Positions 37,679 to 47,584 of a stretch of DNA of 64,000 nucleotides are shown here, piece after piece. The translations under genes and the position numbers were made by a program. Below the pieces are notes generated by a model. It ran no database searches and was not told the DNA's origin. It saw nothing but the letters and a program-made list of their open reading frames with translations. This stretch comes from Patescibacteria group bacterium (GTDB taxonomy: Bacteria > Patescibacteriota > Microgenomatia > UBA8517), in NCBI GenBank assembly GCA_035291665.1, contig DATDRP010000003.1, forward strand, positions 20,549 to 84,548. The letters are read 5' to 3'. Every line of letters starts with the position of its first letter. The stretch's first letter is position 1.

Positions 37679-40567
37679 ATGGCAATAACAGTCGTCCAAA
37701 ACCTGACACCAATTACAGAAGCAGACAGCACCACCGGATGGGTTGCCAGTCAGGGTACAACCGCAGCCGATACAGGCGTATACAGGGAAGCAACAGCCTC
37801 CATCGCTACAGAAATCCGTACTGCAGGAATGCAATATTTAATGTTTACAAGTACTACAACATGGAATCTGAGTAGCACTCATATCTACGCATGGTTAAAC
37901 TATCTTTTCGCAGCCGATTTGCAAAATAGAGCAACCGGAGGAATCAGAATCCGGGTTTCGACGACGTCCAGCGTAAATACCAACTACGGAGAATGGTATG
38001 TCGGAGGTTCGGATACCTATGGTGGAAGTTGGCGCTGTTTTGCACAAGACACATCGGCTGGTTTTAATGCAACATCCGGCACTCCACCAACTCTCTCTTC
38101 AATTGTAGGTGTAGGCTTTTCCTTTAATATTTTGAATACAGGTAAGGCTGTCGAGTCAACATTCGTCGACGCGATCCGCTATGGGGACGGTGTAACGGTT
38201 TATGCAGATGATACTGCAACTTATACAATGCAAAATATTTATGACGCCGTGGAAGCAAATACCAACGGTGCGGCTGCCGGAATAATCAGAAAAGAAGGAG
38301 GAGTCTACCTTGTTCAAGGGAAACTGCGTTTCGGAGATGCGTCAGGTACCAACTCCTTCTATTTTTCAGATACTAACCAAATTCTCGTATTTGAAGACGC
38401 AAACGTTTCGGCTTCACATTATGAAATTCTGGTTCAGGGAAACTCTACCGGAAACACTAGATTCCAACTGGGATCAGTGACTGGCAGCGGAACTTCTATG
38501 GTCGGATCGGAAGGTTTCGTCATTAAATCCGCAAATACATCACTACCCTTTGCTTTTAATGCAACCGATAACGATATTCAGCAATTTAAAATGTACGGAA
38601 GCACACTAGTAAATGCGGGTACTGTCAATCTCGGTAGTACTTCAACCGCGCTTGGAAAATCCGGATCGACGATACATCTTGTTGACAATAACTTTACAAA
38701 TCCGACACAGGTTGTCAGAAATATATCAAGTTCTGCTTCAGAAAATTATTCTGTCAGAAATAATATTGTATCTGCGAATAGCTCAAGGGCATCGCTTAAT
38801 ATATATGACGGAGTTACAACGACATCCGGCCAATGGACAATTACCGAAGGTAAAGGATTTGAAGACTCTGCAACGGCTGCAACTGTTACCGTTTCCGGTG
38901 AACCATTTCCTAATACGACTGCAAATAAACCATATGTTTCAGTATTGGATAGCGCTTCGGCAATATGGAATCTAAACGATGTGAGTGACAGCGCTGGAGG
39001 AAGAATTAGTGTTACCGACCAAACGGAAATAGCTTTTGATGGAAATTCAAATGGACAAGTTAATGAACAATACACTGTTACATGGAAAACCCAAACACCG
39101 GAAGGTACTGCTGTATCAACATCCAGGGTGAAAATAGTTGCAAGCGACAATGGTTCCGGAAGCCCTGCACTCGAAAACGAAGGATCGAGTAATGGCACTG
39201 GAGATGCAACTACTACATATTTACGTGCAAGATTTGTTCCAAGCGGCGCATCATCATTAACCACTACTACTCATGTCCCGGCTGCATTCAAAAGCTATAA
39301 ATACGGGAAGCTTCCCTTCTACACATCAGCTACAATTAATCAACCTGTTTCTGTTACCGCTACACATACTCCGGATCTTTATCAAGTAGAAACAACTGCT
39401 GCAACTGCTGTCTCAGCAGGAGAATCCGGAACTGCAGTAAGCATTTTGGAAGCTTCAACAAATGAACATTCATTAATTAAATTTGTCAATGGAGCAGGCG
39501 GAACTTTATCCAATGATGATACTATCACTGCATCAGGAGCTTCTCCTGCAACAGGACAAGTCGTAGGGAAAATTATTGAGGGCGATAGTGCTGCTGGAAC
39601 AATTCTTCTTGATAACCGAAACGGATCAACTTACGATAACGGGGAAACTTTAAGCAACGGTTCGGGCTGGACCGCTAACTATACAAACAGCTCCGAACAA
39701 AGGTTCCACTGGATTGTCGACGCCGGATTAAGTCAATCACGATCAGCTCAGACACTTTATGACTATATAATGGCTAAACTTGATGAAGCCACAGCAGATA
39801 CTTCACCTACCATTGACAAACTGATAATCGATGGAAGGGCAGAATTTGGTACTCCTTACCAGGGTGTATCAACAAGTCCTAATAAATTTAAGACTGTTAG
39901 GAATGTTTCTTTGACTCGCGGATGGGCGATCGCGAATTTAAACAACTTAAGCTTAATTACACAGTTCACTGACAATGCTGGAACCGCTTTCACTCCAGCC
40001 GCGACTGTTAACCTAACAGTCACAATAAAAAATCAGGCTGGTACTAACCTTGCGGGTGTTGAAGTAGCAATTTTCCAGGACAACGCAGCAAGAACCGTAG
40101 TTCTTGCTTCCACTCCCACTGATGAAGATGGTCAGGTGACAACTACTGTTGTTTCAGGACTTGGAGCTATCATCATCCGTGCCCGCCAAAGCACCGAAAT
40201 TGCCACTTTTCTAACATCTCAAGCATTCACCTCAGAGCTTGTAACAACAGTTGAATCAAACCATAATTTTCAAACTGGTGATCCGGTTGTTTACAGCAAG
40301 GATGGCGGCAGCGCAACTATTGGTTTAACGGAAGGAACAACCTATTATGTCCGTGAAGATACTGCCAACACATTGTATCTTTATGATACTGCTGCTCACG
40401 CAGTCGCAGGTGGTGGCACCGGATTGAAGGATCTGACAACAAATGGTGCTGAAACACACCAACTAAACCCGGTTAGGTATGTTGCCGGAAGTGCAACAGG
40501 AACTGTCGGTTCAACTGACTTCTCTTCTCAAATCACGTTAGTAACGGATAATATTGCGACGGGGTAA
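37679..40567 (+). CDS. Large (962 aa) S/T/G-rich hypothetical protein, member of a local 3-gene paralog family; no signal peptide
   Basis: No N-terminal hydrophobic segment. Shares with 41041..43479 and 44215..47055 the segments '...QTLYDYIMAKLDEA...' / 'LLSQIYEYLKYVTRGG' / 'LTDIYAYLQYYLRDGQ' and a beta-rich low-complexity composition. Confidence 0.45.
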   Translation: MAITVVQNLTPITEADSTTGWVASQGTTAADTGVYREATASIATEIRTAGMQYLMFTSTTTWNLSSTHIYAWLNYLFAADLQNRATGGIRIRVSTTSSVNTNYGEWYVGGSDTYGGSWRCFAQDTSAGFNATSGTPPTLSSIVGVGFSFNILNTGKAVESTFVDAIRYGDGVTVYADDTATYTMQNIYDAVEANTNGAAAGIIRKEGGVYLVQGKLRFGDASGTNSFYFSDTNQILVFEDANVSASHYEILVQGNSTGNTRFQLGSVTGSGTSMVGSEGFVIKSANTSLPFAFNATDNDIQQFKMYGSTLVNAGTVNLGSTSTALGKSGSTIHLVDNNFTNPTQVVRNISSSASENYSVRNNIVSANSSRASLNIYDGVTTTSGQWTITEGKGFEDSATAATVTVSGEPFPNTTANKPYVSVLDSASAIWNLNDVSDSAGGRISVTDQTEIAFDGNSNGQVNEQYTVTWKTQTPEGTAVSTSRVKIVASDNGSGSPALENEGSSNGTGDATTTYLRARFVPSGASSLTTTTHVPAAFKSYKYGKLPFYTSATINQPVSVTATHTPDLYQVETTAATAVSAGESGTAVSILEASTNEHSLIKFVNGAGGTLSNDDTITASGASPATGQVVGKIIEGDSAAGTILLDNRNGSTYDNGETLSNGSGWTANYTNSSEQRFHWIVDAGLSQSRSAQTLYDYIMAKLDEATADTSPTIDKLIIDGRAEFGTPYQGVSTSPNKFKTVRNVSLTRGWAIANLNNLSLITQFTDNAGTAFTPAATVNLTVTIKNQAGTNLAGVEVAIFQDNAARTVVLASTPTDEDGQVTTTVVSGLGAIIIRARQSTEIATFLTSQAFTSELVTTVESNHNFQTGDPVVYSKDGGSATIGLTEGTTYYVREDTANTLYLYDTAAHAVAGGGTGLKDLTTNGAETHQLNPVRYVAGSATGTVGSTDFSSQITLVTDNIATG

Positions 40568-40576
40568 ATATGAATC

Positions 40577-40987
40577 ATGAATTATGAATTAAGAAGTATG
40601 AAGAAAGAATTAAAGAAAATAAAAAATTTTACGGATTTGAATGTTTGGAAAGAAGCCCACAAACTTGTACTTACCGTGTATAAAATAACTAAGAAATTTC
40701 CTAAAGATGAACAATTCGGCTTGATAAACCAATTAAGACGTGCAGTTGTTTCAATAACATCTAATATTTCAGAAGGATTTAGCAGATATTCTTATAAAGA
40801 AAAGTCCCAATTTTACTTCATGGCACTTGGATCCCTAACGGAAGTTCAGAATCAATTAATAATAGCTAAAGACTTAAAGTACATTACCAGCAATGAATAT
40901 TATCAACTAGAAGAGTTGACTGTTGTTGTAAGTAAATTACTAAACGGTCTTATCAAAGTATCTAAAACTAAAATTCATGATTCGTGA
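40577..40987 (+). CDS. Four-helix-bundle protein (23S rRNA intervening-sequence protein / Avd-like family), second copy
   Basis: 136 aa. 'SITSNISEGFSRYSYKEKSQFYFMALGSLTEVQNQLIIAKDLKYIT' is the family signature. The palindromic motif GAATCATGAATT occurs at both flanks (40571-40582 and, reverse-complemented, 40971-40982). Confidence 0.7.
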   Translation: MNYELRSMKKELKKIKNFTDLNVWKEAHKLVLTVYKITKKFPKDEQFGLINQLRRAVVSITSNISEGFSRYSYKEKSQFYFMALGSLTEVQNQLIIAKDLKYITSNEYYQLEELTVVVSKLLNGLIKVSKTKIHDS

Positions 40988-41040
40988 TTTATTGATGTTT
41001 AATACCATGATTCATAATTCTTGATTCGTGATTCAAATAT

Positions 41041-43479
41041 ATGAGTAGTGTAATTCTCACCAATTGGACAGTTTTCTATTCGGATGATACCGGAGCCGGA
41101 AATGGATATAAACAAATCCGCTGGACGGGTGCTGGTGCACCTGAAACAAATACTAACACAGCGAATGAACTTTATTCAGCGGTTGCCGACCTCTTTTCCG
41201 TCCCAGCTCAAAATAATGCAAACGACACTGTCCCGATGCAGGCAGTAACACCAACCGTTTATAATATCGGATCATTCGACGCAGGTGATCTTGAACCTTG
41301 GTTTATCGATCCTGTCAGCATCCGTCATTTAACCGGAGGGTCACTTGAGTCTGTAAATTGGACCAGGGATTTGACTGCACGAACTGGTTCAAGAGGAATT
41401 GTAAAAATTCCCCGCTCAGGATCCAACATTGTTTCTGGTGATGTCGGAACGACAATTACCAATGACACCGATGGCGATACCGGAACATTACTGTATGTTG
41501 AAACAAGCTATTTGTGGATCAGGCCAACAAATAACTTGGCGGGTAATGATTGGGATTCAACAGGCACTACAACAATTACCTGTAATACCCATAGTGATTC
41601 CCAAACCGGTGCAAGCACAAATGGCGAGCGTCTTTGGTCAAATATTTACACACTTGGTACTATTGCAGCAAATACCAGAATTTATATCTACCAAAATTTT
41701 TCACCTATCACAAACTTCTGGGGCGACGGACATGTTGACAGGTTGTATTTGGTTAATGACGGATTTGATGCGGGTCTTATTGACGATGGTCTTCTTACAA
41801 TTTTTGCCAGACAGTATGGAATTCTTTACGATCACTATTCTATCGACGTGACTCTTGGCGGCCGCAACCCTGTCCCTTTGGCCACATCTGACGATACAAA
41901 CAATGATACAGGTTACCGGTCAATGACAATCACCGGCGCTACAGGTAATTATATTGAGGGAGAAGTAATTTCTAATGGTACCAATGCAAGCGGCATTGTT
42001 ACTTTAGAAACGGGAGATCCCACTACCACCCTATACTATTATCTGGTCGGTGATCTGACTACTGATTTTTCAACCTCTCAAACCATAACCGGAGCTACCT
42101 CCAGTGTAACCGGAACCTCAGGGACATTTGCAAATAATGGTCCCACAGCCTTATCGGGTATAACTATTACCTTTGGCCAAACTCAGGAAGACATCGGCGT
42201 CGGTGGCAACCAACCTTATGATGTCTCAATAAATTGCGGCGGCTACCTACTAAGTCAAATTTACGAATATTTAAAATATGTCACCCGGGGAGGAAATATC
42301 AGTGATATCGATTCCGGGGGGCAAACAGTTACGGGACAACGCTATATTACTGCAGGCGACGTCAGACTCTCCTATGACAGTCAAACAGTTAATTTTTTGG
42401 AGGGGGCGACCCTCACAGGTCAATCTAGCGGAGCAACCGGAATCATTACCGCCGACCACGACGCTGGAACTACAGGAACGCTTATTGTCCGTGATGTACG
42501 TGGAACTTTTCAAGACAATGAAAATATCCAAGACGATCAAGGTACTCCGGGTAACGCGGATATTATTGCAACGGGTGGAATCGAATCGACTTTGGTTCAA
42601 AAAGCTGCACCTTTCGGAACTTTTGCCGGAGGTGTATTTTTTGGTGCAAGAGGAGTTTGGATTCACAGTATGCACTCGGATGATGCCAATAACTATGAGC
42701 TCATCGACTCAAATGGAGTTGTCCGAAATCCCCCTCTAACAGTTTCAATATCTGTTCATGTTGAAAACTCTTCCGCTACCGCTATCGAAGGCGCACAAGT
42801 ATTTGTCCGGAAATCGGGTTATTACTATAGTTACACATCAGCAGCCGGAAACAATACTGCTGATACGGATTTTATTGTAACAGGAGCAGTCGACACCGAT
42901 CTGCCTCAAACCGGGTGGCTGCATATTTGGGATGCATCAGCAAATACCAAGCAAAACTATCGTTATCAAAGTTGGTCGACTTCAACCAACTCTACTTTTC
43001 AGCTGAACACTGCAGTATCCGGGTCCGCAACCAGTACTCACGCTGATCCAACCACCCACCTTGTTTCAACCTCAACAAACTTTTTAACTTCAGATATCGA
43101 AGAGGGCGACACGATAAGAAATACGACAACCGGTGCTTGGGCAATTGTCGATGAAATTGTTGATGCGGATAATATTACAACTTCCGCTTTATCAAGCGGT
43201 CAATGGACAAGCGGTGACGGGTTTTCTTTTCATACTCTGGCCATTAATTACGAAAACGCTGTAGACAAGGTGGACATCCCGATTTTTAACGGCCAAACAA
43301 ATGCGAGCGGCAACGTCTCATCAACTTATGGCGGTTCGCTACCAATTTCTGTTATCGTGAGAGTCAGATCAAACCAAGGATCACCAAAATATATTCCATA
43401 CAACACCTCAGGGACCGTTACAACGAACGGGTATTCGCTTAATGCCGTATTAACGCAGGATACGGTAGCAGGTACTTAA
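41041..43479 (+). CDS. Large (812 aa) S/T/G-rich hypothetical protein, paralog of 44215..47055
   Basis: 'AAPFGTFAGGVFFGARGVWIHSMHSDDANNYELIDSNGVVRNPPLTVSISV' vs 'QAPFGTLAGGVFFGAQAVWVEGMSSTDNNNIKFTDAGGTLRQPFTSITLSI' in the downstream gene. No signal peptide. Confidence 0.45.
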   Translation: MSSVILTNWTVFYSDDTGAGNGYKQIRWTGAGAPETNTNTANELYSAVADLFSVPAQNNANDTVPMQAVTPTVYNIGSFDAGDLEPWFIDPVSIRHLTGGSLESVNWTRDLTARTGSRGIVKIPRSGSNIVSGDVGTTITNDTDGDTGTLLYVETSYLWIRPTNNLAGNDWDSTGTTTITCNTHSDSQTGASTNGERLWSNIYTLGTIAANTRIYIYQNFSPITNFWGDGHVDRLYLVNDGFDAGLIDDGLLTIFARQYGILYDHYSIDVTLGGRNPVPLATSDDTNNDTGYRSMTITGATGNYIEGEVISNGTNASGIVTLETGDPTTTLYYYLVGDLTTDFSTSQTITGATSSVTGTSGTFANNGPTALSGITITFGQTQEDIGVGGNQPYDVSINCGGYLLSQIYEYLKYVTRGGNISDIDSGGQTVTGQRYITAGDVRLSYDSQTVNFLEGATLTGQSSGATGIITADHDAGTTGTLIVRDVRGTFQDNENIQDDQGTPGNADIIATGGIESTLVQKAAPFGTFAGGVFFGARGVWIHSMHSDDANNYELIDSNGVVRNPPLTVSISVHVENSSATAIEGAQVFVRKSGYYYSYTSAAGNNTADTDFIVTGAVDTDLPQTGWLHIWDASANTKQNYRYQSWSTSTNSTFQLNTAVSGSATSTHADPTTHLVSTSTNFLTSDIEEGDTIRNTTTGAWAIVDEIVDADNITTSALSSGQWTSGDGFSFHTLAINYENAVDKVDIPIFNGQTNASGNVSSTYGGSLPISVIVRVRSNQGSPKYIPYNTSGTVTTNGYSLNAVLTQDTVAGT

Positions 43480-43618
43480 ATATAAAAAATAAGTCAGCTC
43501 GAATTGGTAATGGGGATTACAAAAATAATCTCCAATAGGGTCTTGATTTTATACCGGCATATAGTTCATATTAAATATATGCATTTTGTAGACTGAGGCT
43601 ACTCGGAGTAAATGCCGA

Positions 43619-43999
43619 TTGTTCATGAAAATTAAAATTGTCAGATATCCATATTATGATCATAAGGTTGGCGAGATCGTAAATTTCGGTGAAGAAAAGA
43701 ACCGGTCACTTGTTTCATTCCAAAAAGCAGTTTGGGTTGATGATAAAGGCAATCCCCCTGTCGAGAAAGGCAGGAAGAAATTAGTAAACCAAGCAAAAAC
43801 ATTGTTATCGAAATCGTCCAATAAACCAAAAAAATTTCTTTCAAATAAACTATCCGAAAAGGTTCAGCAAAAGAAAAAAGAAATTCAAATTGAAGATGTT
43901 CAGAAACCTGTTGAATTAAAAACACAAAATTCTGAAGGGGCGAATTCTGAAGACGATAAGGCAGTTGAAAAGAAAAGTTTTTGGGATCGCTTGAAATAG
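43619..43999 (+). CDS. Lys-rich hypothetical protein
   Basis: 126-aa ORF, 'KKLVNQAKTLLSKSSNKPKKFLSNKLSEKVQQKKKE'. Ends 1 nt before the next ORF (43999 / 44001). Confidence 0.35.
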   Translation: MFMKIKIVRYPYYDHKVGEIVNFGEEKNRSLVSFQKAVWVDDKGNPPVEKGRKKLVNQAKTLLSKSSNKPKKFLSNKLSEKVQQKKKEIQIEDVQKPVELKTQNSEGANSEDDKAVEKKSFWDRLK

Positions 44000-44000
44000 A

Positions 44001-44204
44001 ATGAAAATTTTTAATCTGCATTCTAACGCGAAAAAAGAAGTAAAAAATTTAAAAAAAGTTTCTCATGAAGAATATGATCAATTGGGTAAACTAAAATCAA
44101 ATCAATACGTAGAATTTACGGTAATCGGCAAAAACAGGTCATGGATTGATTTCATGCCTTTGAAGGTTTTCAAGAAATTAAATCCTAATGTAATATTAAA
44201 ATAA
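44001..44204 (+). CDS. Small hypothetical protein
   Basis: 67-aa ORF tightly packed between 43619..43999 and 44215..47055. Co-orientation and spacing suggest co-transcription. Confidence 0.3.
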   Translation: MKIFNLHSNAKKEVKNLKKVSHEEYDQLGKLKSNQYVEFTVIGKNRSWIDFMPLKVFKKLNPNVILK

Positions 44205-44214
44205 CTAATTAAAC

Positions 44215-47055
44215 ATGGCTATCCAAAACGACTTTACGATTTATCCGGCAACAAAAACAATACGTCATACTTCAGGTACTGCCGTATACGACACGGTCGA
44301 TTTTTATACCTGGTTAATGGACACCTTTGACGAACCGGGATATCTAACATACGAAACACCGATCAGGTATAACACACCTACATCATTCACTATGATTAAC
44401 GGTTGGTTTTTGGATAATGGTGACGGCGATGGTGTTACAGTTGCATTGGGAAATATTCTTCAATATCTGACCGGCGGAGGTATTGATACGTCAGGGTATT
44501 CAACAGTAAATGATCCGATTTTAATGGTAGATATGGACGGAACAACGGACTTTGTATACTCCGATCTTGATAACACTGTTGTTGCAAATACCACAGAGGA
44601 TGTCGGACCTCTGCTTGCTTTTAAAAACGACTACCCGGCAGCAGGTAGGGCAAGAATTTGGGTGAGGGATACAAACACACATGGTGCAATTTCAGATAAT
44701 GACACCATTGCAGTTACCGGTGGGACAGGTGCTGGTGATGCTCTTGGTGCGTCAGCCAGCGGAGACGAAATCTATCACAACCTCTTTACAATTGCTTCAT
44801 TCCCGACTGATGTTAATCCCCAAGTTTATGTTTATCAACGTCACCCTGTAACGGCAGGAAGCTATAACGTTAGGGTTCGTATTGCCGAGTGGTCGGCTTT
44901 CACCAACTGGGATCGGGGTTCCATTGATGTACTTATTCCTGTACAGCTTGGTGGGGCTGCGATTGATGGTGGAAATATTTCAACATTTGTACGTCAAACC
45001 GGAGACACCTTTACTTATGTTACTTCTACTCTTACCTCTTCCGGTAGAACACCGATCGCTACGGAAACTTCAGCCGATGAGGTAAACATCACTAAAGGTG
45101 AGCACTATCTCCTCTATGACACTTCCAACACAGGTTCCTTCTCTGTTGACGATGTCATATCAAACCGTGACCTATCTGCAGGAATTCCGCCGGATTGGTA
45201 CGCCGAAGTTGTTGCCGTAGACGAATTTGCAAGCACGACCGAGGGTATGCTAACACTTCGGGGGTTAAGAGGGGTAATTGCAAATAATGATGCAATTTTT
45301 GTCAGTAATGTCCAGGAAGCTTTGGTAAACGGTAAAGTTGGTGATACCTATTTCACCTACACCGGAGGTACGGATCCAACAACACTTGATCAAGTCATGA
45401 CAGGAAGTTCATCAGGAGCCAAAAGGATTCTCCGGGGTGTTGACGCAACAGAAAATTATTTAGTCCTTCAAGATGATCCAACCATAACCGGCTCAAACCG
45501 TAATGCATACTACAAAGACTTTACAACCGGCGATACTGTTACAGGAGCGACCAATGGATCAGTTACCCCGGACGCTACTTCGGTAACCTTAATTTCCGGC
45601 TATAACGATATAACAGTTGCACATGTCAACGGAACTATAGTGGTCAACGGTTTTTCCGGAACATTCCTGCGCGGTGAAAGAGTCACCTGGACAGGTGGTG
45701 GACCGGCAATTGTGATTTATACAGATGGCTCCAGTACGATGACATTGGGAAATGTCGAGGACGAAACAGCCCTTACCACAAGCGGTTTAACAATTACAGG
45801 ACAACGATCCACTGCAACTTGCACTACTAATGGAACCGGAGGTATGACAGATAGCAATACCCAACAGTTCAACTTTACTCTCCAATCATTCGCCGCAAAC
45901 TATTCTGTCTTTATTCAAGGGGGTTCAATTTATAACGCCAGTAGTGAAGGAAGATCTCTTACCGATATCTATGCCTATTTGCAGTATTACCTTCGAGACG
46001 GTCAGGATATATCAAGCAGGGTGATTTACACTTCAGATGCTTCGAGTATATTAGAAGTCGCCGCAGAGGAATACGTCAAAGCTGACGTCGACTACTCTGC
46101 TACCAAGCAGGCTCCTTTCGGAACATTGGCTGGAGGAGTTTTCTTTGGAGCACAAGCAGTCTGGGTTGAAGGTATGAGTTCAACTGATAATAACAATATC
46201 AAGTTCACTGATGCGGGCGGAACTCTAAGACAACCTTTCACCTCCATCACCCTATCAATAACAAATACAAGAGAATTCGATAGAATCGCTGTTTATCCTA
46301 AGCATTTAACATTATCGCTTCCGAATAAAACTCAGTATACAAGTCACGCGACAACTAATGCTTTGAGTGACACAACATTCGACGCTCCCGATACGGTCAC
46401 TTTCCCCAACGACACTCCGACGTCCGGAACTTTTATTGTTGTTGATAATTCAGCCAGTGAGGAACACAGATACAGATATTCCGCTTTTGACAATCTCGGC
46501 GGTACAGGAACTAATGATGGAGAATTATTCCTTCCTTCCGATGCGTCACAGGGGGGTGCTGTTGCGGGTACAGCAACAGGTGGGTCAGATGGTCAAACTC
46601 TCTTTGATTCAGCAGCAAGTTTTGGCGGCACTGAGGATGTCGTGGTTGGAGACATAATAAGAAGAACCAATAACGAAGGCGGATGGGCATATGTTGTGAC
46701 TGTTAATTCAACAACGCAATTGACTACTACACTATTCAACGCAGGAATTACTGCCGGATGGGATGAAACAGCAACAGCCGACGCTTATGAAATTAATGAA
46801 TTAGTAGTTGCTTATACTGGTTCCGATACGTTTTTCATCCCCTATCTGGATACAATTGAAGATGTCGGAGATGACGGCTCACCCGGTTCTGTAACTCAGT
46901 CTCTTACTTATGTTTCTGACCGAAACGTTGTGGTTGAAGTAAGAAACGTCCAAAATACAACCCAAATCCAGCCGTTTAAAACTACAGGTACTATTGGATC
47001 AAACGGTTTAACCCAGTCTGTCATCCGAAATGAAGATACAGTCTACGGAACATAA
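44215..47055 (+). CDS. Large (946 aa) S/T/G-rich hypothetical protein, paralog of 41041..43479
   Basis: See paralog evidence above. N-terminus 'MAIQNDFTIYPATKTIRHTSGTAVYDTVDFYTWLMDTFDE' is similar in pattern to the 41041 gene N-terminus. No signal peptide. Confidence 0.45.
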   Translation: MAIQNDFTIYPATKTIRHTSGTAVYDTVDFYTWLMDTFDEPGYLTYETPIRYNTPTSFTMINGWFLDNGDGDGVTVALGNILQYLTGGGIDTSGYSTVNDPILMVDMDGTTDFVYSDLDNTVVANTTEDVGPLLAFKNDYPAAGRARIWVRDTNTHGAISDNDTIAVTGGTGAGDALGASASGDEIYHNLFTIASFPTDVNPQVYVYQRHPVTAGSYNVRVRIAEWSAFTNWDRGSIDVLIPVQLGGAAIDGGNISTFVRQTGDTFTYVTSTLTSSGRTPIATETSADEVNITKGEHYLLYDTSNTGSFSVDDVISNRDLSAGIPPDWYAEVVAVDEFASTTEGMLTLRGLRGVIANNDAIFVSNVQEALVNGKVGDTYFTYTGGTDPTTLDQVMTGSSSGAKRILRGVDATENYLVLQDDPTITGSNRNAYYKDFTTGDTVTGATNGSVTPDATSVTLISGYNDITVAHVNGTIVVNGFSGTFLRGERVTWTGGGPAIVIYTDGSSTMTLGNVEDETALTTSGLTITGQRSTATCTTNGTGGMTDSNTQQFNFTLQSFAANYSVFIQGGSIYNASSEGRSLTDIYAYLQYYLRDGQDISSRVIYTSDASSILEVAAEEYVKADVDYSATKQAPFGTLAGGVFFGAQAVWVEGMSSTDNNNIKFTDAGGTLRQPFTSITLSITNTREFDRIAVYPKHLTLSLPNKTQYTSHATTNALSDTTFDAPDTVTFPNDTPTSGTFIVVDNSASEEHRYRYSAFDNLGGTGTNDGELFLPSDASQGGAVAGTATGGSDGQTLFDSAASFGGTEDVVVGDIIRRTNNEGGWAYVVTVNSTTQLTTTLFNAGITAGWDETATADAYEINELVVAYTGSDTFFIPYLDTIEDVGDDGSPGSVTQSLTYVSDRNVVVEVRNVQNTTQIQPFKTTGTIGSNGLTQSVIRNEDTVYGT

Positions 47056-47077
47056 ACTTATTTAATAATTGGGAGTT

Positions 47078-47584
47078 TTAATTCTTACTTCTTAACTCAT
47101 CTTTTTCCAGTTTTGCTCTTATTGTAAGCATTTCAAGCCCTTTTGCGGTTTCCCCTAAGACATAAAGAAGCTGTCCGTAATTGTAATATGCGGCTTTATA
47201 TCTGGGATAAATGTTAATTGCCCGCCGGTAGCACCTTTTTGCATACTCATGATTACCCATTGATGTATAAACATTTCCCAAATTGTTATAAATTACGGCA
47301 CTATAAGGCTTTATACTCAGCGCTTTTTCAAAAATATCCTCTGCTTCTTTCAGAAATCCTACATTTTTAAGCGCGACTCCCAAATTACAGAATGCCCGGA
47401 AGAAATTTGGATCGAGCCGGATCGCATCTTTGTAGCTATTTATTGCAGAGGGTAAATTGCCGTTTTTTAACAAGGAATTCCCCATCTGGTAATAAATTTT
47501 GGCTTGCTTGCGTTTCATAATTAGATGAAAACCAAGTGCTCTTAACCCTCGGTTGTTTATTATATATAATCTATTATATGGCAC
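47078..47584 (-). CDS. TPR-repeat protein
   Basis: 168 aa. 'YYQMGNSLLKNGNLPSAINSYKDAIRLDPNFFRAFCNLGVALKNVGFLKEAEDIFEKALSIKPYSAVIYNNLGNVYTSMGNHEYAKRCYRRAINIYPRYKAAYYNYGQL' gives 3-4 TPR units. The true start may be the internal Met at 47518. Confidence 0.55.
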   Translation of the reverse strand: MPYNRLYIINNRGLRALGFHLIMKRKQAKIYYQMGNSLLKNGNLPSAINSYKDAIRLDPNFFRAFCNLGVALKNVGFLKEAEDIFEKALSIKPYSAVIYNNLGNVYTSMGNHEYAKRCYRRAINIYPRYKAAYYNYGQLLYVLGETAKGLEMLTIRAKLEKDELRSKN

